From: Paraspadella gotoi
Taxonomy: Eukaryota > Animalia > Chaetognatha
Reading direction: 5' to 3'
NCBI GenBank assembly: GCA_051294375.1
Contig: JBJCIZ010000506.1
Coordinates: 1-31,197, forward strand
Length of the DNA stretch: 31,197 nucleotides
Numbering within the stretch: the first letter of the stretch is position 1; every line of letters begins with the position of its first letter. The notes beneath the pieces are model-generated. The model did no database searches. It saw only the letters and a program-made list of their open reading frames with translations, and was not told where the DNA came from. Positions 10,531 to 22,469 of this stretch are shown here, piece after piece. Position numbers and translations under genes: made by a program.

Positions 10531-10861
10531 ACGAATGAATCTCGGATGGTTCCGCAGTCACATTCGCGACCCCGTGAGCGTGGGCGTGAGGTAATTGTCA
10601 ATGTAGCGGATCACATAACGCGGGCGGTCGCCGATAGGCGTTACCCTTGTGGAGAACACTCTGTTGGCTCTATACTCATGTGACAGGTAGCGCACCGCTC
10701 ATCACAAGTCTCGTCATAAGCTATATCCTATAGCACAATTCCCTGATTCCTGCTTCTGAGGATGCTGGAAGTTGTCCTGCCGCAAATAGATGTCGAGCGA
10801 AAATTTTCCCAAGCCAGATCTTCACATTGCTTTCGTCTTGTCTCCGGATGATAGGCCTTGC

Positions 10862-11168
10862 TTACTGCCTGAATTCCACTTCCAGAAACGCTGGTTTTCC
10901 TTTCTCGTCCCAGTATTGTTTCATGTCGTTCTGCACTTTAATGATAGCTTTCTCTATGTCTTCCTTGCTCATGTCGTCTCTATCAATGATAGAGGTAACT
11001 TTGGAGACTTTGGGTCTTTCTTTGTCCTCCTTCTCTCCAATTTGGTCCATTCTCTGAAGCAGCCACTCTGGAGCTGGTTCCCCTTCTTTTGGGCTGGTGT
11101 CATCCTCATCTTCTGAAGAGTCAAGCTCCCCTTCTTCTTTTTCGGTAGCCGGCATGCAGAAGGCCGAA
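10862..11168 (-). CDS. Acidic/helical polyprotein segment upstream of RT
   Basis: Open frame EKEEGELDSSEDEDD...SKEDIEKAIIKVQNDMKQYW on the pol strand, running into the gap. No protease D[TS]G motif seen. Confidence 0.55.
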
Positions 11169-11268
11169 NNNNNNNNNNNNNNNNNNNNNNNNNNNNNNNN
11201 NNNNNNNNNNNNNNNNNNNNNNNNNNNNNNNNNNNNNNNNNNNNNNNNNNNNNNNNNNNNNNNNNNNN
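11169..11268. other. 100-N scaffold gap at the junction between pol and the inverted copy
   Basis: N run. Other gaps are at 11521-11752, 12481-12505 and 22445-22469. Confidence 0.99.
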
Positions 11269-12648
11269 CTTGTTGCACGTGAAGACTCCTGCATTAGCCG
11301 GCTAGCGAAAAAAAAATCTAATCAGCATCAATTATTTACGCAGAAAATTGCGAAAACTTATTACTATGCCCGAAAATGGGTTCTATTTCGTCCCGTGATG
11401 CAGGACCTTTTCTACTTCCTTCGATTGAACCATTTGATGCTAAAAACATCAAAACCACCTGCCGTTGCCATGGGCAACTGTCTACACAAACTCTTCAATT
11501 TACTAAACCGAGCTCTCTCTNNNNNNNNNNNNNNNNNNNNNNNNNNNNNNNNNNNNNNNNNNNNNNNNNNNNNNNNNNNNNNNNNNNNNNNNNNNNNNNN
11601 NNNNNNNNNNNNNNNNNNNNNNNNNNNNNNNNNNNNNNNNNNNNNNNNNNNNNNNNNNNNNNNNNNNNNNNNNNNNNNNNNNNNNNNNNNNNNNNNNNNN
11701 NNNNNNNNNNNNNNNNNNNNNNNNNNNNNNNNNNNNNNNNNNNNNNNNNNNNAACAAAATGAACAGGAACGAATATTTACAGGCAAAAAAAAAGTGAAAC
11801 AAAAAAATAACAAAAACACAACGAATCTAAAACAAATCTAAAAATGAACATATAATACTAAGGCTAACGCCGGGGATAAAATTTCCGGCCATGATAACCG
11901 CCGCGGGTGGGCGCCTGATGATGACACCGGGGGTTAGTTATTGACACGACAACGCGGCACGGGGTCGTATACTGCCCCTGATTAGGACACGGGCGCCAAC
12001 TCGCGAGCGCCCGGGCGGCGCTCGAGGCGCCCTCGGCCGCAGTATAACTGCTGGTGGCGCTAGAGCTGGCGTCGGCGTCGGCGTTGGCGTTGGCGGCGGG
12101 GGACCGGGAACAGCGCCGGGCCTTCCCACCCCGAACGCCTTTCTCCCTCGGCGAGTCAGACGCCGCCTTGGGTCCGGCCCCAGCGGCCTCGCCTCCCGAC
12201 GATTTCGCCACCTGTGACGCCACCCCGACGGCGCCGGCTTTCGATGCCTTCTTAGGGATCCGATCCTTTGACGACGCCGGACCCGGCCGCGCAGTGGACG
12301 CCGTCTCGGGCGCCACCACTGGTGAGCGACGGGACTTCTTCGACGACTTTCGAGAAGCGGCTTTCGCCTTGGAAGACCGCCGCTTCGACCCAGACGATTT
12401 CCCCGCCTTTTTCCCACCGCGAGACTTCTTTGATTTGGGTTCGACGGCCTCCTCGGCGGACGAGGGCGAAACAGGCCGCCNNNNNNNNNNNNNNNNNNNN
12501 NNNNNCAGCCGCCAATGGACGTTTGCGGCGGGCGACGTCCTCGGGAACGACGAAGGCGGAGTCCCCCGGGAAGATTTTGTGACGAGTCGCAGCGACTCCC
12601 CGCCGGCGAAGGAGAGCGCCGATCCACTGAGAGGCACGGGCCGACAGC
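11269..12648 (-). repeat. Copy 2, piece 1 (inverted copy of ~5460-6712)
   Basis: For example CTTGTTGCACGTGAAGAC at 11269 is the reverse complement of ~6694-6712, and the encoded peptides match. Confidence 0.95.
11864..12637 (-). CDS. Gene R copy 2, last exon (basic low-complexity region)
   Basis: 257-aa ORF with KSSGSKRRSSKAKAASRKSSKKSRRSP...TRGGYHGRKFYPRR*, homologous to 5460-6237. Confidence 0.7.
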   Translation of the reverse strand: MPLSGSALSFAGGESLRLVTKSSRGTPPSSFPRTSPAANVHWRLXXXXXXXXXRPVSPSSAEEAVEPKSKKSRGGKKAGKSSGSKRRSSKAKAASRKSSKKSRRSPVVAPETASTARPGPASSKDRIPKKASKAGAVGVASQVAKSSGGEAAGAGPKAASDSPREKGVRGGKARRCSRSPAANANADADASSSATSSYTAAEGASSAARALASWRPCPNQGQYTTPCRVVVSITNPRCHHQAPTRGGYHGRKFYPRR

Positions 12649-13223
12649 GACCTCACCACCACGACCACAAAAACGGTGGTCGACTCACTTTTAATGCTCC
12701 GAGGTCATCCTTAACATTCTTTCTAAGCATTCCTTTATATCTGTTTAAAATATGTGGATACCATATCGCAATAAAATTTATAAATAGAAGTTATATCGGT
12801 CTTTCTCTTTTACAGACGTAACACCTTTAAAACAAAACAAAAACAAACAACTTTATAAAAATTAAATAATTACCGCATAAAAAAAGAAGATAAAAAAAAT
12901 TAATATTTATGAGCATAGAGTTCCTAATTTACATATATAAACTCTTCACTGGAGTCTTTAAAACTTCCACTTAACGCCCCTTTTCCCTCAGGTCGATCAA
13001 ATCACGGATTTCGCGGACGACGACGACACGATTCTCTTTTTCATCCCGGATTGATGTGAGAGCGGTCGCGGCAAGTGTGGAGCGGACGTGGCGATGGATT
13101 CGCTCGAGAAGCGAGTGTCGCGCCGCGCGACGAAGCTGGTCGATTCTCAAAATCTGGAAGCTCGAAAGGTGCGCTGCCTTCGGGTCTGATGTTCTCGAGC
13201 GAAGTGGGTAAGAGACTCAGTCA

Positions 13224-13292
13224 GTCTCTCTTTTCTCTGCTCTCTACTCTCTCTCTCTCTCTCCTTCCTCTCTCTCTCTCTTCTCTCTCTCT
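13224..13292. repeat. Imperfect (CT)n microsatellite
   Basis: Directly visible. Confidence 0.9.
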
Positions 13293-15329
13293 TTCATTTC
13301 AATTTCCTTTGATTTCAGTGAAAAAGCGAGGATTGGAATCAATTGGGACGCCGACGACACGAATTCGAGTCGACGGATCCTGAACGGACGAAACAGTTAA
13401 CTTTGACTGGGTTAGTTAGGACGACCGGGTTGAAGGTCGGGTCCGTGATCCAAACTTATTCTACGACTCCCAATAGTGTTTTACTATGATCGGATACTAT
13501 GTTTGGCTGTTTGTACCTTACTTAACGAAGCCTATTTTAAATTTACACTTTCTTAACTGATCTAATGAAATGATAAGAAAATAAAACCGAATTGCGGTTA
13601 ATATGCCAAATTAGATTGAGGAAGCTCGATTTTTTTAAGTCTAAAATTTATTGTCGAGAATTAAATTTGATTTGGGGTAAGTCCTACGACATTAATTTTT
13701 TTTTTTAATTTTGTCTGTCATAAATACTGTAATTACGTGTAAGGGACCTTATGAAATGACAGAGAATTTATATTTTTTTATGAACAAATGCTGATTTTGG
13801 GGTAAGTACATAAGATACGAATAGTATACTCCCCCCATTTTCCGGCCCGATAGAGGCCACGCTCTCCGCCTTCGTCTCCTTCTCGACGCATGCACGTCGC
13901 GCCACGGCCCGACGACCCGCCTGCTGTACGCGCTGCTGCGCGATGTGAGGCTGGGGGTGGGGGGCAGTATCTTGGACCGTCGCTAAGCAACGGGCGAAAT
14001 CACGGCTCGTTTTCAGCTGTCGCTGATTTGCCGCGCCGGCGTCTTGTGGGGTGAGGGGAGAGGGGGTGGTATTAGAGTGGTGAGGTCTGAAGCGGTGCTT
14101 GTCTGGGTTGCTGTGGTTGGTGGTATTTAAATTGTTAAGGTAGTTTAATAATATATAACGACAACCAAAATTACCCAGTTCTTTGTTCGGGGGTTAAAAA
14201 AGTTAAAAAAAAAAAAAAAATAATATAACGATTAAAAGTCGATTTTTCTCGATCAAAATTTGACATTTTTGATGAAATTTAGTTACTTACACCCATTTGG
14301 AAAAGCGTGTTAAATATTTACCAACAAACAAATTTTTGGAGCGTCTTCGTGGGGAAAAGTTAGAACGCTGGTTAAAGACAAACACAACGCTTGACGAATG
14401 GGTTACCTTGGGTCGCATGAGTGACGCCGTAGCGAGGACCACTTAAACGCGCATTGGTGAACACCATTGCATCAGCCACCGTTTGGCAGCGTCCCGGATT
14501 AGTCGTGATTAGTGCGATCGGCCGATCAACGCCGACGCTTGCAATTGCTTGCCACGAGCGTGCTTGGAGATGTCTTGGGCCGCGCCGGGACCCCGCTTCA
14601 CTCAACATCGCTGCCCGCTCCGCCTCCCCGGAATCCCCTTTATTTTTTCGGTGGCGCGCGTTTCTCTCCTTTCTTTTCCTCTGGGTTTTTTTTCCTTCCT
14701 TCTGGGCCCCGCAGAATTGGTCCGTTCTTGGTCTCGGTTTGCAGTTCGTCCGATGCCCCCGGTTTGTTAATCACCGCCTGCCTTCCTTTCTCTCTCTCCA
14801 CTCGCACCGCACCTGCCCATTTATTGGTTGCCCGTGAACACGAGCTTGCGACGCCACATGGGGTGTAATACTCCGTGTTTCCTTGGTTACCTCCTGATTG
14901 TATCTGCTAATTTTTCTCTTCCGACCCGACCCTTCTTCATGTTGTCTGTTATTCCACATCTTTTTCGTTTCTTTCTTTCTGCTCCATCTCCTTTTTTTGT
15001 CATCTTTTCCCATGTCCTCTTTTTTCCATGCCTCTTCAGTGCTCCTTTCCCTGTCATTCCTTTCATCTATCTCTCAAGTTTTGCTCTCCTTTTTTTTTTA
15101 TTATTTCTTGTCTATATTTTTTTTTGCTAGATTACTGTTCCTTTTATATCGTATTTTCTTTTTTCGTCTTGTTTTTTTTCATCGGTTGATGAGGGAGAAG
15201 ATTCCGAAGTGATGATACTACATATTAAAAAAAATTATTATTAAAATCCAAAGTTAAAGCAGTCAATGTTGCCTTTCCTAACCAATTCCTGAAATCGCCT
15301 CTCGATTAAATCGAAATGATCAAGGGCCA

Positions 15330-16935
15330 TAACTTATTCGACAACACTCTTGAAGTTCGCCGCCAAAAAATCCGCAGAAGTCATTACGTAGTGGAATTGT
15401 TTGGAATGTCGGTGATTCCAACGTGATCCGACTGAGCGGTCGATAGAGGAGACTGAAGGAATGAAGCGGTGCAGCAGCAGAGAAACGTGTAAGCAAAATT
15501 AGGGAGGGAGGAAGAGAGTGAGATACAACGCAAAAGTGTAGGGTGGAGTAATGTTTGTCTAAAAAGTGCGGTGTAAAGGAGTGAATAAAATTTTTATTTA
15601 AGGAATCGATTCTAAATGCTCTAGGCAAAAGTATTGAGAAGATACTCGAGTTTACCTTCTTTCTAGAAAAAGTCATTGCGAAAACTCTGACACACTGAAT
15701 GAAAATTCCGGCGAAGTAAGATGAATCATCAACTCTTATTTTCATTCACAAAAGAATACATGAGTACAACGTGTTTTTAGAAATTTTATTGCTGGTTCTT
15801 TTGTTTATGTTTCTCAACAATGCCCTCCATGATTCACATTTCCAAATTTTTAATAGAGTTCCCTTCTGTCAAAATACCGTCTCTATTATAATGATGATAA
15901 TCAAAAATCATATATTATATTAAATGACATGGATAATTTTGTAACCAGGTCATGTGAGGATCCATAAGTAATCCAATCCATGAGTGAATCCTCGTGCAAA
16001 ATGTGTATTTTCTTATTATGAGAGCGATTTGCTGTTATTATGTGCTTAGGTATTTGAATCTATTGCATTCATTCCGATTTAAGTGAGTATTACCATCTGA
16101 TTTTTTAAATTTGACTTATTTTGTACATTTTCTCCCGTACTAAAACATCTCTCTTCCTCATTTGTTTTTTTCCGGTTTCGTCGGGGAAAACGAAAACGAT
16201 GTCTTTTTTTTTTTTATCAGAGGTTTTCGCCAGGAGTGCGTGTGCTGTGTGCGGGTCAATTTGACACTTGGTTAGATGGCGCCGGGTCGGCGGCGCGACG
16301 GCCCAGTCGAAATGACGCTTAATCCGCGGTGGCATGGAGACGGAAACAATGCGGTCGCAATAAAGGAACATAACAGCGTGAACACCTAAGCTGAATTGGG
16401 TAAGGTATTTATAAATGATGGAAGGGTAGGAAGACGCCAAAAATAAGTGTACACCGCATAAGAAATTGTTATGATTTACCTAAATAATGAAGTTAAATGG
16501 TTGAAGACTGAATGTGAGGTTTGGAGTGAAAGGTTGTATATAACCTTAAAGAAGTTTTTAATTATATCAAATTATCTGACTTACACCTTATAGATATCGA
16601 GAATAGAAATTCTTTTGTAATTATCGATGCTAAAACTTGACTTCGTGAGTCCAACAAACAAATCCTTCAATGCTTGCCAGATCTGCGACGAATGCTTGAG
16701 AATAAGTGTCCAGTAAACAAGAGTGGTATCAACGCGGCCAAGCGAGATTAAAAAGGTCGAATATGGTCAGATCCATCACGAATGTCTAAGAAGCAGCCGA
16801 CGTCGAGGGTGATTCCTCATACGGCGCCGCCCGTTCGTCGCCAGAACGCCCGTTCGATTCATTCCGCGCATCACGGGAATTAATGCAGTTCGCTATCGAT
16901 TCCGAGATCTGTCGACCTTTCTGACGCTTCGTCAT
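15330..16935 (-). CDS. Possible multi-exon gene of unknown function inside the 7.8 kb segment
   Basis: Protein-like pieces on the minus strand: ISLGRVDTTLVYWTLILKHSSQIWQALKDLFVGLTKSSFSIDNYKRISILDIYK followed by a GTAAGT near 16583, a short candidate exon ~16480-16544, and ORF parts 16105-16385 and 15656-15745 (ending AAG|GTAAAC). No domain recognised. Confidence 0.3.
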
Positions 16936-17592
16936 TTCAAAGAAATATTATATTACATTTTTTCGAACCCGCTGTTCAAAACGACGTACGATCGCACCCG
17001 ACAAGACAAATGTAGGTTCTGTTTCGACAATATAATCCACCGACTGATTAGAGATTTAACTCAGTATACGGCGAACTGATCGTTTGAGCGTTTTTGGCTT
17101 CGCTCCAAATTGTTGCGAAAGCGAAGAAAAGATGAACGGATATAAAAAACACATAGTGTTTATCGCGAATTAAATGGCATCAGATTGTCTTTTGCTTTTT
17201 CCAATAAAAATTTTATTTATTATTGTTTTCTAATTTTTTTTAAGTATATTAACCTTTGTTGATTGGCAATATGATTTATAGTCCTTTGACATTATGAGTA
17301 TCCTCATTTATATTATTCCCCCTTTATCAGATTCAAGACGAACCTCAGCTGCGATCATTAGCTCCACTTTGATCCTTCCTTCACTTTTTCCCCCATCCAT
17401 CATCCCTCACCGGCGTCTGCTAAAAACTCATTATTCGCGACGAAGGAATTCGAATGGCGCCTGCTTTGTTTAGGATGAAGAATTGTATAGATCTATAGAT
17501 TTGCCGAATGTAAGATTATCATTCATAGAATATTTCTCTCTCACGATCCCATGCGGCCTGTTACGATTATGTATCTGGGCGGAGCGAGCATG

Positions 17593-17593
17593 A

Positions 17594-17624
<31 letters not shown>

Positions 17625-17626
17625 CG

Positions 17627-17670
<44 letters not shown>
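17593..17670. repeat. Imperfect (CT)n microsatellite
   Basis: Directly visible. Confidence 0.95.
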
Positions 17671-17675
<5 letters not shown>

Positions 17676-20041
17676 CACTCTAAAGCAGAGTGCCCTGGCC
17701 TCTTTGCATTGATCTTCTTTGAATCGATTCCGCCATAATTTTCTTCATTTTTCCGTTTTATTCGTCTGCGAGACTTTCAGAGAAAAATGGAATCATCCTA
17801 AACTCGGATCTTGCAATTCGTCTGACTCCAAATGGGGCTTCTCGAAATGATCGAGGATGGCTCTCTGTCGTCATCTCTCTCTACAGCCCTGCTTCGGCTT
17901 CTCTGCTTCTGCAGTCTCTCATTCGCTTGTCATGCTTCTGCTCTCCTTCTTAAATTTATTTTTTCCGGCTCTCTCTGTCTCTCTTTTATTTAATTCTATT
18001 GTTCTTTTTACTTAAAATTATATGTCATATATGAACTATTTCCGAAAAATCAATTATATTCGTCGTCTATACTTAAACTAGTTTTGAGTGTCAGTTTCCA
18101 TGAATTATTAACTAAGAGAATATACGTGTTGAATCCAATTTGGCCATAGCCTGATGCAAACATAAGTTTGAAGAGAATGAACAAAGCGGTAAAAGAAAGC
18201 AGAAGAATCGAGGTAGAAAAACAAGGAAAAGGAGAGAAAGGGGGTCGAGATAGGAGTGAAGCGGTAGCGTCTTTTTGAATGACAGTCTTATGTTTGTCAC
18301 TCCATATTCAAGTCAGAGTTAAAGAATAATTAAAGAGAGGAGGAGAAGAGGAGAGTGAGGAGAAGAGGATGATAGCGAGGAAGTGCGGATGTTTTAATAT
18401 TTGGTTGTATTTTTTTGAAATTTATGAGAAAGAGAGGATAGAGAATGCAAGAGGATAGTGTTAAACTTCATAGAGCCTCTGTAGAGAAAGCGTTTGTCTG
18501 GGATGGTGAAAAGAAATGGAACAATGGAAGAGAAAAACTTTAAATCATGGAGAAAGAAAGGGAAATCCAAGGAAATAAGAGGCCAGGAAGAATAAAGGAA
18601 CAGGAGATGGAGAAAAATAAAGAAATTGAGTTATGTACACTCGGAAGTAAATGATATGATACAAGAAAAAAAGTATCTCCAGAACTTGTGAAAAATGCAA
18701 ATCCTCGAGACGTAGATTTTATCCGTTATACGCATAAAGAAATCTTAGGATAGAAATAAATGGCGAGGGAGAAAATAAAGTCTAGTCGAACTAAGAAAAG
18801 ATAAAAGAAAAAAGAAGAAGAAGGACGAGATAGTGTCAGAAAATCAGAATTGCTGGACAAAGAGTGAACTAACAAAATTAACTAATTTTCTTTCGAAATA
18901 AACGTTGTAGGTTTTGACTACTTTTGGTATATTGAGAAATCTTTAATTCTAAGCTTTGCTTTCCTTTTCGCGTGAAGCCCGAATCGTCTTTCGATTGATG
19001 ACAAATCGTTCGTCGTGAACTTCAAACGTTCCCTCGTACTCCTCCTCTTCAACATGATCCATGCGTGAATTTATCCGTCCGCCACATTTTTTTTCTCTCC
19101 GAAAATTTTTTTGCGGAAAATTCAACAGAAATATAGAGCAAAAAATTTCCAAGAGATTTATTTAAACAAGAGTCTATATATTTTTTTCTTAGTGCTAAAT
19201 TATAATTGTAGACATCTCAATCGATTTCTCCCGTTAATTCACATGTGCTCGATTCGCTCGCTCACAATACCCATCTTAAATATATTATTTTAGTCTAATA
19301 ATCATCCATAGATTCATCCTTCGCCTCATCCCCTTTGCCTTTCCTCGCTAATGTACCGTTACTTCCAACGACCACCCGATCATGCACCCAATACGCCGCA
19401 TCCACGCGCAGAAATCCGCGAGCGAGCGTCGACGTAAACATTTATTTCGGTTCTTGTTTCTTATCTACTTCTTAAGTTCTTCATTCATAATAATTTATAT
19501 CCACGGCGGCCGTTCTTCGCTTCCCGCTCTTCCGCGTCTCCCTTCTTCTCTTTCCGCCACCCCTCCTTCGTTCCCCTCGGCAACGCATCTCTTTTCCAAA
19601 AAATTACATGCTGTTTCCGATATTGCCCTCCTCTTTGCCAGTAATTCCCGAGATTGGTTCTCGTTCCCTGTAGTACACGTCTCCGTTTTGTTCTTCTTTC
19701 CCTCTCCTTTTCCTCCCTCTTCTCTTTTAGTTTGTCCTGCATTTTCATTCTCATCAAGTCCTTACATCATCAACTCTCCTTCACGCCTGACTTTGTCTCT
19801 TTCCACTATACTCTCTTTTGCTTTCTATCGTTCCCTTTCTTTCTCCCTCTTTTCTCATATGCCCTTTTTACTCCTATCCATTCTTCTCTTACTCATCCTC
19901 TCACATCCCTTCTTTTTCTATACTAATCCCCATTTTCTCCTTTCCCTCGTGCCTTTTCTTAGTTTCCTATTCACGTCTGTGTGCATTCTTTTTACATCCA
20001 CTTGTCCGTAAATGTCTCCATCCCGAGCCTTTTTTCATGTT

Positions 20042-20137
20042 CTGCCCATTCCCGACTTCCTAGTCTCCCATCCCGACTTCCCACGTCTCCCATCCCAACT
20101 TTCACTCTCCCATCCCGACTTCCTATCTCCCATCCGT
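20042..20137. repeat. Minisatellite, ~21-22 bp unit CTCCCATCCCGACTTCC(N4-5), about 5 copies
   Basis: Repeated ctcccatccc(g/a)act core. Confidence 0.85.
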
Positions 20138-20525
20138 GCTTTCTCGTCCTGATCCTTGTATCGTCTCCCTCTTCTTCTCTCACATCATCTCTTTTTTTTC
20201 CTCTCTTCTCCTCGACTTTCTTATTCATCCCGAATCTCCTATGTTTTTTCGCTTTTGCTCCCGTCGCCGCTCGCTGCTTCTCAATCCCGGACCGTTACCT
20301 CCTAATTTCACGCCATAAGTCACTTCTCTTGTCTGTTCTACGGCCACTAGTTTGCCCTTACTATGTGTTACGTTTGGTGAGATACCACAAGAGTCACACG
20401 TAAAACTTAAAGAATAAGTTAAAATCTTACGAGACACTATGAGAATAATCTCGATTCCACCATTTCTAAGAAAATAGACGGTCAAAGACAAAACAAACAA
20501 AAAGCTAAGAACAACGAGTACTTAC

Positions 20526-21584
20526 GAGAGGCGGTGACACCACGCCCAATTTGACCGACGACGACATGGTCGGCGTCTTGCAAAAAAAAAAAAAAAAAGA
20601 AGAGAAAAGAGTAGGATCAAAAATAAACAAACGATAAAGTTAGATGAAATTTAACAGACGAATAAATAATAAATAAATAAATAAATGAACAAATAAATAA
20701 AACGTAGGAGAACGATAGAAAACAGGAAGAAAACAGGAACTACGAGGTTCTTACCGGCGGCGTCACTGGACGATTGCGCGGCAGCTGATAGCGGCCAAGG
20801 TGCCGGCGGAGGCATCCACTATCGCGAGCGGCGCTGGTCGTGCGGCCAAACTTGGACACTGAGAGAATGGAAGAATGGCGATAAATAATACAGCGAAAAA
20901 AAACGGAAATAAAGAAAGACACGAATCAGGCAGAAGAACTAGCTTGACATAAAAATGTATGTAAAAATACTTACAGCGGCAGGTGGCTGGTAGAGCCCGT
21001 CACCGGAAGTCGAACCTGGCCATAATAGACCCGCCCGATGACGCGGGCACCGCAGACGGCCTCGACAGGCATTTCGCCGCCCTCCAGGCTGACCCGAGAT
21101 CCAACGGGCCGGACCGTGAAATATTCCCCGCGCCCGCTGGAGGCGGCGCGATCGACCAGCGCAGAGGTCGGCCCTGAGTAAAAGGCGCCCGCCCAATCGA
21201 TGGAACTGAATAGATAACGAGAAGGACCGATTTTAAATACAAGAACCCCGTTTCCCTCCCCCCCCCAACAAGCGGAACCAAACGAGGTACTCACCAGGCC
21301 GAGAGCCGCGACAAAAAGGAGCGAAATAGAGGATACGTGACGCCAAACTCTGACGAGGAGGCGAGTAGCGCCGCCCGGACGGCGCCCCACCGCGACTGTG
21401 AAAAGCGCGGCTCGCCGTCATCCGGGATTCGCCCAAGCAGCTCCCCCATCAGCAAATGTAGCTGAAGGGTGGAGGCATCTGGGCGAAATTGAACGCCATC
21501 AACGCGCACCAGAAATATCTCGTCCAAGTACCGTAGGACGCCGGGAATGGAAATAAATGTCGAAGATGAAGTTCTTTGCGCCAT
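20526..21584 (-). CDS. Gene R copy 2, exons 1-4
   Basis: MAQR...ISIPGVLRYLDEIF start at 21584. Donors GTGAGT (21294), GTAAGT (20974), GTAAGA (20754) and GTAAGT (20525) are at the same positions as in copy 1. Confidence 0.7.
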
Positions 21585-22019
21585 TTTCTTGAAGCGAGTT
21601 TTCTTTTAAAGCAATAAAAAAAGGTCTTTGCAGTAGAGCTGGCAAGCGTGGTTGTGAAAGTCCCTCCCGGAGACTTCGAAACTTTTCTGAGAATCAACGA
21701 GGAGAAGGAAGAGGAAGAGGAAAATCGATTGGCGAGGACCCGAGGAACTGCGCCCGGAGGGGAGAGGAAACAAAAGTCACCGCCGAGTGAGAAATATTTA
21801 CCGCCGAAAGAGGATGAAATATACCGCTGGATGAAGAGGAGGCGCAACGCATCGACAACCCAAGCCTAGAGTAACTTTTACTGGACGGATGATTGATAGT
21901 CGAGGATAAAATACATATGTTATAGGACTGTTCATGAAAAAGAATGCCCGAGCGGCCGGAGCCACCCCTGACCGAGATATAAATTTGTATAACATGAGCG
22001 AGAAAAGGATTATGAGCCC

Positions 22020-22350
22020 ACCGCCGTTGCTACGAGACGAAAAACATTGTTAAACGTCTAAAACATGAAACGAATAAGTAGGTCCCCGTTGCTAGGAGAT
22101 AATCGAGCGCGACCACGGTGGACTGACGCGCGGATCAAAAAAAGGGCGGGAAACGTAAAAAATCGCCGTCGTTGCTACGAGACCAAAAAAAAAAAACCTT
22201 GTTAAACGTCTAAAACATGAAACGAATAAGCACGTCACCGTTGCTAGGAGATAATCAAGCGGTCCAGGATTGACAGACGCACGAATAAAAAAAAAGAGCG
22301 GGAAACATGATTAAAAATTGTCGCGCGTTGCTAAGAGACTAATAAACATG
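22020..22350. promoter_or_regulatory. Copy 2 of the ~150 bp X-box/E2F tandem repeat
   Basis: GTTGCTACGAGAC (22026, 22171), GTTGCTAGGAGAT (22088, 22240), GTTGCTAAGAGAC (22327); GCGGGAAA (22146, 22298). Confidence 0.6.
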
Positions 22351-22469
22351 TCATTTGGAAGCTAATCGAAGCCTTCCCCTTTCGATCGAATTTTTTACGA
22401 TTTGCATGTTCACATATTGCATTGTTTCACGATTATCTCTCTCTNNNNNNNNNNNNNNNNNNNNNNNNN

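Larger units (their letters stand above)
6990..11168 (-). mobile_element. pol: LTR-retrotransposon-type pol region (RT-RNase H-linker-integrase), 5' part cut off by an assembly gap; frameshifted
   Basis: Domain order RT-RH-IN excludes Ty1/copia and fits Ty3/gypsy, BEL/Pao or retrovirus-like elements. Gag, protease and LTRs are not visible. Confidence 0.92.
20429..22432 (-). repeat. Copy 2, piece 2 (inverted copy of ~3270-5323)
   Basis: Continuous reverse-complement similarity, including introns and the 150-bp repeat. Confidence 0.95.

Noticed and set aside
10535-10740. Sequence interrupting pol upstream of RT as a possible insertion
   Set aside because: No termini or ORF; indistinguishable from a low-quality read segment.
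11097-11841. ORFs spanning N runs
   Set aside because: Artefacts of gaps that contain no stop codons.
14048-14080. PPT-like GGGGTGAGGGGAGAGGGGG followed by TGGTATTAGAG (LTR start or PBS-like)
   Set aside because: No second LTR copy in the window and only an imperfect tRNA complement.
16719-16735. AAGAGTGGTATCAACGC resembles the SMART adapter AAGCAGTGGTATCAACGCAGAGT
   Set aside because: The match is partial, there is no sequence discontinuity, and it lies within a plausible minus-strand coding stretch (RVDTTLVY). Worth a raw-read check only.
20042-20137. Short repeats as a CRISPR array
   Set aside because: There are no unique spacers or cas genes, and the context is eukaryotic.
19382-20403. 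Hydrophobic 209-aa and 140-aa ORFs that look like membrane or env proteins (also 14828-15212)
   Set aside because: C/T-rich low-complexity sequence lacks stops and yields F/L/S/P in all frames; no real domain pattern.
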